NCBI GenBank assembly: GCA_041165365.1
Contig: JBEANR010000127.1
Span: 110-64,109, forward strand
Direction of reading: 5' to 3'
Length of the DNA stretch: 64,000 nt
DNA from: Actinomycetota bacterium
GTDB lineage: Bacteria > Actinomycetota > Actinomycetes > Actinomycetales > Microbacteriaceae
Shown: in pieces, positions 11,759 to 23,179 of the stretch
How the letters are laid out: each line of letters begins with the position of its first letter
How positions within the stretch are numbered: position 1 is the first letter of the stretch
Notes under the pieces: model-generated
What the model was told of the DNA's origin: nothing
What the model saw: only the letters and a program-made list of their open reading frames with translations
Database searches by the model: none
Translations under genes and position numbers: made by a program

Positions 11759-13185
11759 TCAAGTCCGACTTCAGCCAGACCATGCCGGACGCACCGGGCC
11801 GCGTGCATTTCGTCGGCATCGGCGGAGCGGGCATGAGCGGCATCGCCCGACTCTTCGTCGCGGCGGGCCACCCGGTGAGCGGGTCGGACATCCGCGACGG
11901 GGAGTCGGTGCAGGCGCTGCGCGATCTCGGCGTCACGATCTCCCTGGGTCATTCCGCCGAGGCGCTGGGCACGGCTGAGACCGTGGTCGTCACCGGGGCC
12001 ATCGCCGAAGACAATCCCGAGTTCGTCGCGGCCAGGGCCGCGGGCATCCCGGTGGTCCACCGCGCGGTCGCGCTCGCCTGGCTGGCGCGGCGTCGGCGAC
12101 TGGTGGCCGTCGCGGGGGCGCACGGCAAGACCACGTCGACGGGGATGATCGTCGAGGCGCTGCTCGCGCTCGGCCGCGATCCAGGCTTCGTCAACGGCGG
12201 AGTGATCAGGTCGCTCGGAGTGAGCGCCGAGCCGGGTTCCGACGACACCTTCGTCGTCGAGGCGGACGAATCCGACGGCTCGTTCCTGCTCTACGACACC
12301 GCCGTCGCCCTCATCACCAACGTCGACCCTGACCACCTCGACCACTTCGGCTCGGAAGAGGCCTTCGCCGATGCCTTCGTCGCGTTCGCCGGAGCGGCGC
12401 GCGAGTTCGTCGCCCTCTCGAGCGACGATCCTGGTGCCGTCGCGATCACCCAGCGCCTCGATCGCGACTCCGTGATCACCTTCGGCCAACGTGACGACGC
12501 GGATGTGCGGGTGCACGGCGTGCTCTCGGGCCCGGTCGTGTCGTTCCAGATCGGATGGCGCGGCACCGACTACCCGGTCACCCTGCGCGTTCCCGGGGTG
12601 CACAACGCCCTCAACGCCGCGGGGGCGTTCGCGGTGCTGACCGGCCTCGGCCACGAGCCGCGGGCGGTGCTCGACGCCCTCGCGACCTTCGGGGGCACCG
12701 AGAGGCGTTTCGAGTTCCGCGGCGAGGTGCGCGGGGTGAGCGTCTACGACGACTTCGCCCATCATCCGTCGGAGATCAGGGCCGCCCTGTCGGCGGCGCG
12801 TGGTGCGGTCGGGACCGGTCGACTCATCCCGATCTTCCAACCCCACCTGTTCAGCCGCACCCGCATGCTCGCGCAGGAGTTCGCCGACGTCTTCGAGCAC
12901 CTCGCCGACCACACGGTGGTGGTGCCCGTGTACGGAGCCCGCCAGGACCCCGAGCCCGGGGTGACCGGAGAGCTGATCACCGCCCGCTTCGGCGATCCCG
13001 CGGTGGCGGACTACCTCACGGACTGGACGGATGCCGCGCGCCGAGCGGCCTCGCTCGCCCGCACCGGCGACTTCGTCATGCCGATGGGCGGCGGCGACAT
13101 CCACCTCATCGTGCCCCGACTGCTCGAGGCGCTCGCAGTCGGGGAGCGCGCCTCGGACGACCCCGACCCGGCGGCATCGCCGTGA
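11755..13185 (+). CDS. murC: UDP-MurNAc amino acid ligase MurC
   Basis: GTG overlapping murG stop; [35 protein letters not shown]. Confidence 0.95.
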   Translation: MIKSDFSQTMPDAPGRVHFVGIGGAGMSGIARLFVAAGHPVSGSDIRDGESVQALRDLGVTISLGHSAEALGTAETVVVTGAIAEDNPEFVAARAAGIPVVHRAVALAWLARRRRLVAVAGAHGKTTSTGMIVEALLALGRDPGFVNGGVIRSLGVSAEPGSDDTFVVEADESDGSFLLYDTAVALITNVDPDHLDHFGSEEAFADAFVAFAGAAREFVALSSDDPGAVAITQRLDRDSVITFGQRDDADVRVHGVLSGPVVSFQIGWRGTDYPVTLRVPGVHNALNAAGAFAVLTGLGHEPRAVLDALATFGGTERRFEFRGEVRGVSVYDDFAHHPSEIRAALSAARGAVGTGRLIPIFQPHLFSRTRMLAQEFADVFEHLADHTVVVPVYGARQDPEPGVTGELITARFGDPAVADYLTDWTDAARRAASLARTGDFVMPMGGGDIHLIVPRLLEALAVGERASDDPDPAASP

Positions 13186-14144
13186 GACGACCCGACGGCT
13201 TCGACGAGCGACCGGACACCGAACGGTCGTCGGCGCGCCCATCGGAACGATCTCCGGCGCAGCGGCCGCCACGACCGTCGACACGGCAGGGCACGCGACC
13301 CCCCCGATCATCCGGGCCGCCGCCGACGCGACCGACCCGTGCGATGTCGCCCCGCCCGACCTCCGCCGAGCGACTCGACAGGATCGCGCGCCGAGCCGCC
13401 CGCAGGGCAGAGTCGAGGCGACGTCGATTCGAACGGGGGGAGGTGCGTCGATTCACCCGCCGCACCCGTCGCCGGCGCATCACCTGGGCGGTGGTGTCCG
13501 GCTTCGTGGTCGTGATGGTCGCCCTCGTCGCCGTCGCCGTCTACTCGCCGCTGCTCGCCCTCAGGTCGATCGAGATAAACGGCACGCAGAGGATCGACCC
13601 CGCGAGGTTGCTCGAGGCGGTCGACGGTCAGCTCGACACCCCGCTCGCCCTCGTCGACTTCCCGGCTATCGACGACCAGCTGGGCGCCTTCCCGCTCATC
13701 CGCAGCTACGTGACCGAGACGAGGCCGCCCGGCACCCTCGTGATCCACATCGTCGAGAGGCAGCCCATCGGCGCTGTCGCCGTCGGTGGCGGCTTCACCC
13801 TCGTCGATCCGGCCGGGGTCGTGATCGAGAAGGCGCAGGCGCGCATAGACGGGGTGCCGCTCATCGACGTCGGGGGAGCGGATGCCGACGGCGCCGCGTT
13901 CGACGCGGCGGTCGAGGTGCTCCTCGCCCTGCCCGATCCCGTGCTCTCCATGCTCGACACGATCACCGCGCGCTCGAAGGACGACGTCACCCTCAGCCTC
14001 GCCGGAGGAGGCGCGACCATCATCTGGGGCAGCGCCGACCAGTCGGACTACAAGGCGAGGGTGCTCGCGGCGGCCCTCGCGAACTCGTTCCCCGGGGTGA
14101 GCGAGTACAACGTGTCCGCCCCCGGCCAGCTGACCTACCGGTGA
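13182..14144 (+). CDS. ftsQ: Cell division protein FtsQ/DivIB
   Basis: GTG overlapping murC stop; Arg/Pro-rich N-terminus, [31 protein letters not shown]-like [23 protein letters not shown]. Confidence 0.88.
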   Translation: MRRPDGFDERPDTERSSARPSERSPAQRPPRPSTRQGTRPPRSSGPPPTRPTRAMSPRPTSAERLDRIARRAARRAESRRRRFERGEVRRFTRRTRRRRITWAVVSGFVVVMVALVAVAVYSPLLALRSIEINGTQRIDPARLLEAVDGQLDTPLALVDFPAIDDQLGAFPLIRSYVTETRPPGTLVIHIVERQPIGAVAVGGGFTLVDPAGVVIEKAQARIDGVPLIDVGGADADGAAFDAAVEVLLALPDPVLSMLDTITARSKDDVTLSLAGGGATIIWGSADQSDYKARVLAAALANSFPGVSEYNVSAPGQLTYR

Positions 14145-14237
14145 CGGGCGGATGTTCCGACACGCGGTGTCGGTCGGGGGCCCTACGCCGCCTTCCGCCT
14201 ACTGTCGGACCAGGAAAGACATACCAGGTATAAGTTT

Positions 14238-14255
14238 AAGCCTCAACTAGAGGTT
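14238..14255 (+). promoter_or_regulatory. Imperfect inverted repeat upstream of ftsZ, FtsR-like operator
   Basis: AAGCCTCAACTAGAGGTT, resembling the Corynebacterium FtsR site as recalled (AACCCTAAAGTAAAGGTT), 23 nt before the ftsZ start. Confidence 0.55.
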
Positions 14256-14278
14256 GACTGTTTCAGCGGAGGCCGGAC

Positions 14279-15517
14279 GTGAGCTCGAACCAGAACTACC
14301 TCGCCGTGATCAAGGTCGTCGGCATCGGCGGCGGTGGAGTCAACGCCGTCAACCGGATGATCGAACTCGGCCTGCGCGGAGTCGAATTCATCGCGATCAA
14401 CACCGACGCGCAGGCTCTCCTGATGAGCGACGCCGACGTCAAACTCGACGTCGGCCGCGAGCTCACCAGGGGACTCGGCGCGGGGGCGGACCCCGAGGTC
14501 GGACGCCGCGCCGCGGAGGACCACGCCGAGGAGATCGAGGAGGCCCTCGCCGGCGCCGACATGGTCTTCGTGACCGCGGGCGAGGGCGGCGGCACCGGCA
14601 CCGGCGGGGCTCCCGTGGTGGCCAGGATCGCGAAGTCGATCGGCGCCCTCACCATCGGTGTGGTCACGCGTCCCTTCGGCTTCGAGGGCAAGCGCCGCGC
14701 GGCCCAGGCCGAGGTGGGCGTCACCGCGCTGAAGAGCGAGGTCGACACCCTCATCGTCGTGCCGAACGACAGGCTCCTCGAGATCAGCGATCGAGGCATC
14801 AGCTTCCTCGAGGCCTTCGCCACCGCGGACCAGGTACTCCTCGCCGGCGTGCAGGGCATCACCGATCTCATCACCACCCCCGGCCTCATCAACCTCGACT
14901 TCGCCGACGTCAAGTCGGTCATGCAGGGAGCCGGCTCCGCCCTGATGGGCATCGGGTCGTCGCGCGGCGCCGACAGGGCGATCAAGGCGGCGGAACTCGC
15001 CGTGGCGAGTCCGCTCCTCGAGGCGAGCATCGACGGCGCACACGGCGTGCTCCTCTCGATCCAGGGCGGATCCAACCTCGGCATCTTCGAGATCAACGAC
15101 GCCGCCCGCCTGGTGCAGGAGGCCGTGCATCCCGAGGCCAACATCATCTTCGGCGCGGTCATCGACGACACCCTCGGTGACGAGGTGCGCGTCACGGTCA
15201 TCGCCGCCGGATTCGACAACGGCGAGCCCGAGGTCAAGAAGCCCGAGCGCCGCGCGGTGCCCGTCGGAGCGATGGCGGGCGGCGGAGGAGGGCCGACGAG
15301 CGGCGAGCCCGGCTCGGTCGACGGCACCCCGCCCTCGAGTACCCAGCCATCGAGCGGCCAGTCCCTCGGCGCGAGTGGCGCGAGTGCCGGAGGGGCGGGC
15401 CTCGCCGCCGCCGCGGTCGCCCCGTCGAGGACCACGGGCGAACAGCCTCGAGTCACGCCCGATCCGGTGTTCGACGACGACGATGACGACCTCGACATCC
15501 CCGAGTTCCTCAAGTAG
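14279..15517 (+). CDS. ftsZ: Cell division protein FtsZ
   Basis: [28 protein letters not shown]-terminal [11 protein letters not shown]. Confidence 0.99.
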   Translation: MSSNQNYLAVIKVVGIGGGGVNAVNRMIELGLRGVEFIAINTDAQALLMSDADVKLDVGRELTRGLGAGADPEVGRRAAEDHAEEIEEALAGADMVFVTAGEGGGTGTGGAPVVARIAKSIGALTIGVVTRPFGFEGKRRAAQAEVGVTALKSEVDTLIVVPNDRLLEISDRGISFLEAFATADQVLLAGVQGITDLITTPGLINLDFADVKSVMQGAGSALMGIGSSRGADRAIKAAELAVASPLLEASIDGAHGVLLSIQGGSNLGIFEINDAARLVQEAVHPEANIIFGAVIDDTLGDEVRVTVIAAGFDNGEPEVKKPERRAVPVGAMAGGGGGPTSGEPGSVDGTPPSSTQPSSGQSLGASGASAGGAGLAAAAVAPSRTTGEQPRVTPDPVFDDDDDDLDIPEFLK

Positions 15518-16196
15518 CGGTCCGGGCCTCGCGGAGCGGCTCGCCGAGGTCAGATCAGCGATAACGGATGCCGCGGCGGAGGCCGGGCGGGACCCCGGGC
15601 TCATCACCACCGTGGTCGTCACGAAGTTCCACCCGGCATCGCTCGTGCGCGAACTCGCCGGACTCGGGGTGACCGATCTGGGTGAGAGTCGTCATCAGGA
15701 GGCCCAGGGCAAAGCCGCCGAGCTCGCCGACCTCGGTCTGGTCTGGCACTTCGTCGGTCAGTTGCAGAGCAAGAAGGCGCGGCAGGTTGCGTCCTACTGC
15801 GGGGTCGTGCACTCCCTCGACCGCGACTCGGTCATCGACGCACTCTCGACGATCGACACCGTCGGGGGCGTCGATGCGTTCCTTCAACTGAACCTCACCG
15901 ACGACCCGGCGCGCGGGGGCGTCGCGGAGTCCGACCTCGATCGCGCGACGGAGCGCATCGTCGCGGCGCCCGGCATCCGTCTGCTCGGAGTGATGGCGGT
16001 CGCTCCCGCGGAGGGCGAACCGAGGGCGGCGTTCGCCAGGGTCCGGGCGGCGTCGGACCGGGTGCGAGCCATCGACCCGCGCGCGGACGCCCTGTCGATC
16101 GGCATGTCCGGAGACTTCCGCGAGGCGATCCTCGAGGGCGCGACACACCTGCGCATTGGTACCGCAATCACCGGAAACCGTCCGACCCCCGGTTAA
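15483..16196 (+). CDS. yggS: YggS family PLP-binding protein (start uncertain)
   Basis: [47 protein letters not shown]; nearest in-frame start upstream of the domain is ATG 15483 inside ftsZ. Confidence 0.88.
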   Translation: MTTSTSPSSSSSGPGLAERLAEVRSAITDAAAEAGRDPGLITTVVVTKFHPASLVRELAGLGVTDLGESRHQEAQGKAAELADLGLVWHFVGQLQSKKARQVASYCGVVHSLDRDSVIDALSTIDTVGGVDAFLQLNLTDDPARGGVAESDLDRATERIVAAPGIRLLGVMAVAPAEGEPRAAFARVRAASDRVRAIDPRADALSIGMSGDFREAILEGATHLRIGTAITGNRPTPG

Positions 16197-16230
16197 TCTC
16201 GGGGGAGGAGATCCAAACGAGAGGCACGAG

Positions 16231-16743
16231 ATGGCGAATCCGCTGCGCAAGACCATGGTCTATCTGGGGCTCGCGGACGAAGAGTTCGACTACGACGAGC
16301 AGAGTGCCGCTCAGCCTGCACCCCAGCCCGCTCAGGCGGCCCCCGCTCACGTCGGCGGCCACTCGGGGAGGGCCGTCCACGCCCCGGACACCGGCGGCCG
16401 CGCACCAGTCACCCCCCTCCGTAGGCCCACCACTTCAAGGAACGCGGCACCGGTCGAAATGAACGAGATCCTCACCGTCCACCCCCGCCAGTACAAAGAC
16501 GCGCAGATCATCGCCGAGAGCTTCCGCGAGGGCATCCCCGTCATCATCAACCTGTCGCAGATGAGCGAGCCGGAAGCTCGTCGACTCGTCGACTTCGCCA
16601 GCGGGCTCTCCCAGGGTCTTCACGGCAAGATCGAGCGCGTCACGAAGCAGGTCTTCCTGCTCTCGCCGGCCCACGTCGTCGTGAGCGGCGACCAGGCCGA
16701 CGCCGAGCCCGAGGTAGACGCGTCCTTCTTCGCCCAGCACTGA
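16231..16743 (+). CDS. sepF: Cell division protein SepF
   Basis: [48 protein letters not shown]. Confidence 0.96.
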   Translation: MANPLRKTMVYLGLADEEFDYDEQSAAQPAPQPAQAAPAHVGGHSGRAVHAPDTGGRAPVTPLRRPTTSRNAAPVEMNEILTVHPRQYKDAQIIAESFREGIPVIINLSQMSEPEARRLVDFASGLSQGLHGKIERVTKQVFLLSPAHVVVSGDQADAEPEVDASFFAQH

Positions 16744-16872
16744 TCGCCGGCTGACATCGGTCGCCGCGCGGTCGCTGCGGCGTGTCAACTGCGGCGTGCT
16801 CACCACGGGGCGGTCGCTCCCGGGCGGGCGTCGCGTCCTGGCGCCCAGCCAGGATCGGATAACGTCTAGACC

Positions 16873-17166
16873 GTGATCGTTCCCCTCATCGCGACCATCG
16901 CGTACTACGCGTTGCTGCTCTACTTCTTCGCGATGTGGGCCCGGTTCATCCTGGACCTCGCCGCGAACTTCGCTCGCTCCTGGCGGCCTCGCGGTGCGGG
17001 TCTCGTGGCGGCGGAGGTCGTCTTCACCCTCACCGATCCACCGATCAAGGCGGTGAGGCGCGTCATCCCGCCCGTCCGCTTCGGAGGCATCTCGCTCGAC
17101 TTCGCCTGGAGCATCGTCATGCTCGTCGTCGTCGTACTGATGTATGTGACCCTCGTCTTCCGATAG
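16873..17166 (+). CDS. yggT: YggT family membrane protein (SepG-like)
   Basis: RFILDL, TDPPIKAVRRVIPPVRFGGISLD. Confidence 0.9.
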   Translation: MIVPLIATIAYYALLLYFFAMWARFILDLAANFARSWRPRGAGLVAAEVVFTLTDPPIKAVRRVIPPVRFGGISLDFAWSIVMLVVVVLMYVTLVFR

Positions 17167-17319
17167 GCCCCCGGACGGGGGGTCGTCGCGCCCCGCCGTA
17201 TCCTCGTGATGTGCGGTCCCCGGCCCGGTTAGTTTGCTACCGTGGAGCCACACGCCCCCCGGACGCCGTCGCGTCGGGATCATGGGGCTCGCCGTTCAGA
17301 GAACTTTGAGGTGACACGC

Positions 17320-17991
17320 ATGGCCCTGACTCCAGAAGACGTCGTCAACAAGCGCTTCCAGCCGACCAAGTTTCGTGAGGGATACGACCAGGACGAGGTC
17401 GACGACTTCCTCGACGAGGTCGTCGTCGAGCTGCGCAGGCTCAACCAGGAGAACGAGGAACTGCGTCAGCGCCTCGTCGGCACGGAGTCGCGCATCAGCG
17501 AGCTGCAGCGGAGCGGTGGCCAGGCCGCGGCTCCTGCCACTCCGGTGCCCGCTCCCGTCGTCGAGCCGGAACCGACCCCGGTGCCCGCCGCCGCTGCCGT
17601 CGCCCCTGCACCGACCTACGCCGCTCCGAGCGGCGACCTCGACCCGAACAACACGAACAACCTCCTGCAGCTCGCCCGGCGCCTCCACGAGGAGCACGTC
17701 AAGGAGGGTGTCGAGAAGCGCGACGCCTTGGTCGCCGAGGGGCATTCGACCGCGGCTCGCATCGTGAGCGACGCCGAGGCGAAGCAGAAGGCCCAGATCG
17801 CTCAGCTCGATCAGGAGCGTGCCGTGCTCGAGCACCGCATCGACGAACTGCGCACCTTCGAGCGCGAGTACCGCCAGAAGCTCAAGGGGTACATCGAGGG
17901 CCAGTTGCGGGAGCTCGATTCGGCCGGCGGCTCCGGAGTCGGCTCCGGCGACACCGTGAGATCCGGCGCCCAGGGCTTTGGCGGCAACTGA
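17320..17991 (+). CDS. divIVA: DivIVA/Wag31 polar growth protein
   Basis: MALTPEDVVNKRFQPTKFREGYDQDEVDDFLD plus coiled coils; ATG after GAGG. Confidence 0.95.
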   Translation: MALTPEDVVNKRFQPTKFREGYDQDEVDDFLDEVVVELRRLNQENEELRQRLVGTESRISELQRSGGQAAAPATPVPAPVVEPEPTPVPAAAAVAPAPTYAAPSGDLDPNNTNNLLQLARRLHEEHVKEGVEKRDALVAEGHSTAARIVSDAEAKQKAQIAQLDQERAVLEHRIDELRTFEREYRQKLKGYIEGQLRELDSAGGSGVGSGDTVRSGAQGFGGN

Positions 17992-18637
17992 CCAGGCGGC
18001 GGCCACACCCACGGGAGACACCTCGACGGCGGTCAGCGTCAGGGCGCTCGCAGCGCTCGTGACGGTGGCCGCCGTCGTCTTCCTGTTCGACCAGGGCACC
18101 AAACTGCTCGTCGTGCAGAACCTGCCCCTCGGGCAGTCGGTGCCCGTGCTCGGTGAGGTGCTCCAGTTCTTCTACGTGAAGAACCCGGGCGCCGCCTTCT
18201 CGCTCGCGAGCGGCTACACCTGGATCTTCTCGATCGCGGCCTCGGCGGTCGTGGTGTTCATCGTGGTCTTCGCCCGGCGCATCCGATCCTCTGCCTGGGC
18301 CATCCTGTTCGGGATGCTGCTCGGCGGAACCCTCGGCAATCTCGTCGACCGGCTGTTCCGCGAACCGAGCTTCGGGCTCGGCCACGTGGTGGACTTCATC
18401 CAGGTGATCGGTTTCCCCGCGGTGTTCAACATCGCCGATTCGTTCATCGTGGCCAGCATGGGGTTGTTCATCATCGTGACCGTGAGGGGCGTGCACCTCG
18501 ACGGCAGCAGGGACAAACGTCCGGACGCGGCCGCGGCCGTCGGGCATCCCGACCTCGATCGGACCGCCGACCAGCCCGACGCCGAGACGCCCGACGCCGA
18601 CCAGCCCGACGCCGACCAGCCCGAGAGGGCTCGCTGA
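17978..18637 (+). CDS. lspA: Lipoprotein signal peptidase II
   Basis: [29 protein letters not shown]; TTG start overlapping divIVA end. Confidence 0.93.
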   Translation: MAATDQAAATPTGDTSTAVSVRALAALVTVAAVVFLFDQGTKLLVVQNLPLGQSVPVLGEVLQFFYVKNPGAAFSLASGYTWIFSIAASAVVVFIVVFARRIRSSAWAILFGMLLGGTLGNLVDRLFREPSFGLGHVVDFIQVIGFPAVFNIADSFIVASMGLFIIVTVRGVHLDGSRDKRPDAAAAVGHPDLDRTADQPDAETPDADQPDADQPERAR

Positions 18638-18639
18638 CA

Positions 18640-19560
18640 GTGGAATCGCGGAGCCTCCCGGTGCCCGACGGTCTCGCGGGTGAGCGGGCGGATGCCGCGA
18701 TCGCGAAGCTGCTCGGATTCTCACGTACGCTCGCCGCCGAGGTGGCGGAGCAGGGCGGAGTCAGCCTCGACGGGCATCGGCTCGGCAAGTCCGACCGGCT
18801 CGTCGCCGGCGGCTGGCTGGAGGTGCGGTGGGAGCCGAAGCAGGCCCCGATCGTCGTGCCCGTCACCGTGCCGGACCTCGGGATCGTGTTCGACGACGAC
18901 GACATGGTCGTGGTCGACAAGCCGGTGGGCGTCGCCGCGCATCCGTCCGTCGGTTGGACCGGGCCCACCGTGCTCGGTGCTCTCGCCGGCGCGGGATTCC
19001 GCATCTCGACCTCGGGAGCGACGGAACGGGCGGGCATCGTGCACAGGCTCGACGCCGGCACGAGCGGACTCATGGTCGTCGCCAAGTCGGAGCGGGCGTA
19101 CACGGCGCTCAAGCGGGCGTTCCACGATCGCGAGGTCGAGAAGGTCTACCACGCCGTCGTGCAGGGCCATCCCGATCCTCTCTCGGGCACCATCGATGCG
19201 CCGATTGGTCGACATCCCGGATCCAGCTGGAGATTCGCGGTCACCGTCGACGGCAAGGACTCGGTGACCCATTACGAGACCCTCGAGGCGTTCCCGAGCG
19301 CTGCGCTGCTCGAGGTGCACCTCGAGACCGGGCGCACTCATCAGATCCGGGTTCACATGGCGGCCCAGCGGCACCCCTGCGTCGGTGACTCCATGTACGG
19401 TGCCGATCCGACCATCTCGGCGAGACTCGCGCTGACCAGGCAGTGGCTGCACGCCATGCGGCTGGGATTCGCGCACCCCGCGACGGGCGACCCCGTGATG
19501 TTCGAGTCGACCTATCCACCGGATCTGCAGCACGCCCTCGACGTGCTGCGGGGGGACTGA
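18640..19560 (+). CDS. rluD: RluA/RluD family pseudouridine synthase
   Basis: S4 domain start, [29 protein letters not shown]. Confidence 0.93.
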   Translation: MESRSLPVPDGLAGERADAAIAKLLGFSRTLAAEVAEQGGVSLDGHRLGKSDRLVAGGWLEVRWEPKQAPIVVPVTVPDLGIVFDDDDMVVVDKPVGVAAHPSVGWTGPTVLGALAGAGFRISTSGATERAGIVHRLDAGTSGLMVVAKSERAYTALKRAFHDREVEKVYHAVVQGHPDPLSGTIDAPIGRHPGSSWRFAVTVDGKDSVTHYETLEAFPSAALLEVHLETGRTHQIRVHMAAQRHPCVGDSMYGADPTISARLALTRQWLHAMRLGFAHPATGDPVMFESTYPPDLQHALDVLRGD

Positions 19561-19663
19561 CAGCCGCTCTGACGGACACGCCGGTCAGCCGCCGCGACAC
19601 GCCGATCGGCGCCGTCGGCGTCGTTTAAGCTGGGGCGCACACCGAGGCCCCCGGAGACATTTC

Positions 19664-22600
19664 TTGGCATCCAGCACCGATTCGTTCGTCCATCTGCACG
19701 TGCACAGCGAGTACTCGATGCTCGATGGCGCAGCCCGCGTGACCCCGCTCATCCAGGCCGCGGCGCAGCAGGGGATGCCGGCGATCGCCATGACCGACCA
19801 CGGCAACGTGTTCGGTGCCTTCGATTTCTGGCGTACGGCGACGAGCAACGGCATCACACCGATCATCGGCACGGAGGCCTACCTCACCCCGGGCACCGCG
19901 CGGGGCGACAAGACCCGGATCCGCTGGGGGAACGGCGGTCAAGACGACGTGTCCGGTGCCGGCGCCTACACCCACCTCACGATGCTGTCGGAGACCACCG
20001 AGGGCATGCACAACCTGTTCCGGCTCTCGTCGCGCGCATCGCTCGAGGGGTACTACTTCAAGCCCCGCATGGATCGCGATCTGCTGAGCCAGTACGGCAA
20101 GGGCCTCATCGCGACGACGGGCTGCCCGTCGAGCGAGGTGCAGACGCGCCTGAGACTGGGGCAGTATGACGAGGCCGTGAAGGCGGCGTCGGACTTCCGG
20201 GACATCTTCGGCGCCGAGAACTACTTCTGCGAGATCATGGACCACGGTCTCGGCATCGAACGCCGGGTCATGGGAGACCTGCTGAGACTGGCCGAGCAGC
20301 TCGATCTGCCTCTCGTCGCGACCAACGACCTGCACTACACGCATTCGCACGACGCCACCTCGCACGCGGCACTGCTGTGCGTGCAGTCGGGATCGACCCT
20401 CGACGACCCGAACCGGTTCAAGTTCGACGCCGACGAGTTCTACCTCAAGTCGGCCGAGCAGATGCGACACCTCTTCCGCGATCATCCGGAGGCCTGCGAC
20501 AACACCCTGCTCATCGCCGAGCGCTGCGACGTCGCCTTCGACGAGAGCGCCAACTTCATGCCGGTGTTCCCGGTGCCGGAGGGCGAGACCGAGCAGACCT
20601 GGTTCGCGAAGGAGGTCGAGATCGGGCTCGACCGCCGGTACAAGGGCGCCATCCCCGCCGAGGTGCGCGCGCAGGCCGTCTACGAGACCGGGGTCATCTC
20701 CCAGATGGGCTTCTCCGGCTACTTCCTCGTCGTCGCCGACTTCATCAACTGGGCGAGGCGAGGTGGCATCAGGGTGGGACCCGGGCGTGGGTCGGGCGCC
20801 GGATCCATGGCGGCCTACGCCCTCGGCATCACCGATCTCGATCCGCTCCGCCACGGCCTCATCTTCGAGAGGTTCCTGAACCCCGACCGCGTCTCGATGC
20901 CCGACTTCGACGTCGACTTCGACGAGCGCCGGCGGGGCGAGGTCATCCGCTACGTCACCGACAAGTACGGCGACGACAGAGTCGCTCAGATCGTGACCTA
21001 CGGCACCATCAAGGCGAAGCAGGCGCTCAAAGACTCCTCGCGCGTGCTCGGCTTCCCGTTCGGGATGGGCGAGAAGCTCACCAAGGCGATGCCCCCGGCC
21101 ATCATGGGCAAGGACATCACGCTCGCGGGCATCACCGACCGCGACCACCCGCGGTGGAAGGAGGCCGGTGACCTCCGCGCCGTGCTCGACTCCGACCCCG
21201 ACGCGCGAACGGTCTTCGACACCGCCCTGGGCATCGAGAACCTCAAGCGTCAGTGGGGTGTGCACGCGGCCGGCGTGATCATGTCGTCGGCTCCGCTCAT
21301 CGACATCATCCCGATCATGAAGCGGGAGCAGGACGGCCAGATCGTCACCCAGTTCGACTATCCGGCGTGCGAGGCCCTCGGGCTCATCAAGATGGATTTC
21401 CTCGGGCTCCGCAACCTCACCATCATCGGAGACGCCCTCGACAACATCGAGTCGAACCGCGGCGAGAAGCTCGTACTCGAAGACCTCGAGCTCGACGATC
21501 CCGACGCATACAGGCTGCTGAGCAGAGGGGACACCCTCGGGGTCTTCCAGCTCGACGGCGGGCCGATGCGCGGTCTGCTGAGGCTCATGAAACCCGACAA
21601 TTTCGAAGACATCTCCGCGGTCATCGCTTTGTACCGTCCAGGCCCCATGGGCGCCAACTCGCACACGAACTACGCCCTGCGCAAGAACGCGCTGCAGGAG
21701 ATCACCCCGATCCACCCCGAACTCGAGGAGGCCCTCGCCGAGATCCTCTCGACGAGCTACGGCCTGATCATCTACCAGGAGCAGGTGATGGCGATCGCGC
21801 AGAAGGTCGCCGGGTTCTCGCTCGGTCAGGCCGACATCCTGCGGCGGGCGATGGGCAAGAAGAAGAAGTCCGAACTCGACAAGCAGTACGCCGGCTTCAA
21901 GCAGGGCATGAACGACAACGGATACTCGGATGCCGCGGTCACGACCCTCTGGGACATCCTCCTCCCCTTCTCCGACTACGCCTTCAACAAGGCGCACTCC
22001 GCCGCCTACGGGGTGCTGTCGTACTGGACCGCCTACCTCAAGGCCCACTACCCGGCCGAGTACATGGCCGCCCTGCTCACGAGCGTCGGCGACGCGCGCG
22101 ACAAGCTCGCGATCTACTTGAACGAATGCAGGCGCATGGGCATCAGAGTGCTCGCCCCCGACGTCAACGAGTCGATCGGGTACTTCGCGGCCGTCGGCGA
22201 CGACATCAGATTCGGGCTGGGCGCTGTGCGCAACGTCGGATTCGCGGTCGTCGACCACATCCGTGCTGCCCGCGACGACAAGGGCGCGTTCAGCTCGTTC
22301 CACGACTTCCTCGGCAAGGTGCCGATGCAGGCGGCCAACAAGCGCACGGTGGAGTCGCTCATCAAGGCCGGGGCGTTCGACTCCCTCGGTTCGACGCGCA
22401 GGGCCCTCCTCGAGATCCACGAGGACGCCGTCGACTCCGCCGTCTCGGTGAAGCGCAACGAGGCGAAAGGGCAGGTCGGCTTCGACTTCGACAGTCTCTG
22501 GGACGAACCGTCGTCGGCGGCCGCCGTGCCCGTCCGCCCGGAATGGTCGAAGCGCGACAAGCTCGCCTTCGAACGGGAGATGCTCGGACTGTACGTGTCG

Positions 22601-23179
22601 GATCATCCGCTCGCCGGTCTCGAACTGCAGCTCGCCAAGCACGCATCGACCACCATCGCCGACATCTACGGCAGCGATGCCTCGATCGACGGCGAGACGG
22701 TCACGATCGCGGGGCTGATGACGTCGGTGCAGCACCGGACCGCGCGCAACTCAGGAAACCCGTACGGCCTCGTGCAGGTCGAGGACTTCGGGGGGGAGAT
22801 CACCGTGATGTTCCTCGGCAAGACGTACCAGGAGTTCTCGCCGGCGCTCGCGAGCGACTCCATCGTGGTGGTGCGCGGGCGGGTCAGCGTGCGTGACGAC
22901 GGCATGAACATGCATGCCGTGAGCATGTCCATCCCCGACACCGGTCAGAGTGTGGGCTCCGGCCCCCTCCTGATCAGCATGCCGGAGCATCGGGCGACGA
23001 CCGACGTGGTCACGAACCTCAGCGACGCCCTCATCCGGCACGCCGGCGACACCGAGGTCAGGCTCAAGCTGGTGAAGGGCGGGACGGCACGGATGTTCGA
23101 CGTGCCGTTCCCGGTGACGGTGAGCGCGGATCTGTACGGCGAGCTCAAATCGCTGCTCGGCCCGAACTGCCTGCAGTAG
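19664..23179 (+). CDS. dnaE: DNA polymerase III alpha subunit
   Basis: FVHLHVHSEYSMLDG, GRGSGAGS, PDFDVDF, KMDFLGL, YAFNKAHS, OB fold; no intein seen. Confidence 0.98.
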   Translation: MASSTDSFVHLHVHSEYSMLDGAARVTPLIQAAAQQGMPAIAMTDHGNVFGAFDFWRTATSNGITPIIGTEAYLTPGTARGDKTRIRWGNGGQDDVSGAGAYTHLTMLSETTEGMHNLFRLSSRASLEGYYFKPRMDRDLLSQYGKGLIATTGCPSSEVQTRLRLGQYDEAVKAASDFRDIFGAENYFCEIMDHGLGIERRVMGDLLRLAEQLDLPLVATNDLHYTHSHDATSHAALLCVQSGSTLDDPNRFKFDADEFYLKSAEQMRHLFRDHPEACDNTLLIAERCDVAFDESANFMPVFPVPEGETEQTWFAKEVEIGLDRRYKGAIPAEVRAQAVYETGVISQMGFSGYFLVVADFINWARRGGIRVGPGRGSGAGSMAAYALGITDLDPLRHGLIFERFLNPDRVSMPDFDVDFDERRRGEVIRYVTDKYGDDRVAQIVTYGTIKAKQALKDSSRVLGFPFGMGEKLTKAMPPAIMGKDITLAGITDRDHPRWKEAGDLRAVLDSDPDARTVFDTALGIENLKRQWGVHAAGVIMSSAPLIDIIPIMKREQDGQIVTQFDYPACEALGLIKMDFLGLRNLTIIGDALDNIESNRGEKLVLEDLELDDPDAYRLLSRGDTLGVFQLDGGPMRGLLRLMKPDNFEDISAVIALYRPGPMGANSHTNYALRKNALQEITPIHPELEEALAEILSTSYGLIIYQEQVMAIAQKVAGFSLGQADILRRAMGKKKKSELDKQYAGFKQGMNDNGYSDAAVTTLWDILLPFSDYAFNKAHSAAYGVLSYWTAYLKAHYPAEYMAALLTSVGDARDKLAIYLNECRRMGIRVLAPDVNESIGYFAAVGDDIRFGLGAVRNVGFAVVDHIRAARDDKGAFSSFHDFLGKVPMQAANKRTVESLIKAGAFDSLGSTRRALLEIHEDAVDSAVSVKRNEAKGQVGFDFDSLWDEPSSAAAVPVRPEWSKRDKLAFEREMLGLYVSDHPLAGLELQLAKHASTTIADIYGSDASIDGETVTIAGLMTSVQHRTARNSGNPYGLVQVEDFGGEITVMFLGKTYQEFSPALASDSIVVVRGRVSVRDDGMNMHAVSMSIPDTGQSVGSGPLLISMPEHRATTDVVTNLSDALIRHAGDTEVRLKLVKGGTARMFDVPFPVTVSADLYGELKSLLGPNCLQ

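Noticed and set aside
19625-22735. 1036-aa ORF antisense to dnaE, and similar long antisense or alternate-frame ORFs over ftsZ, murC, ctaD, qcrB and glpK
   Set aside because: Expected shadow of high GC3 codon bias; no recognisable motifs, and each fully overlaps a well-supported gene.
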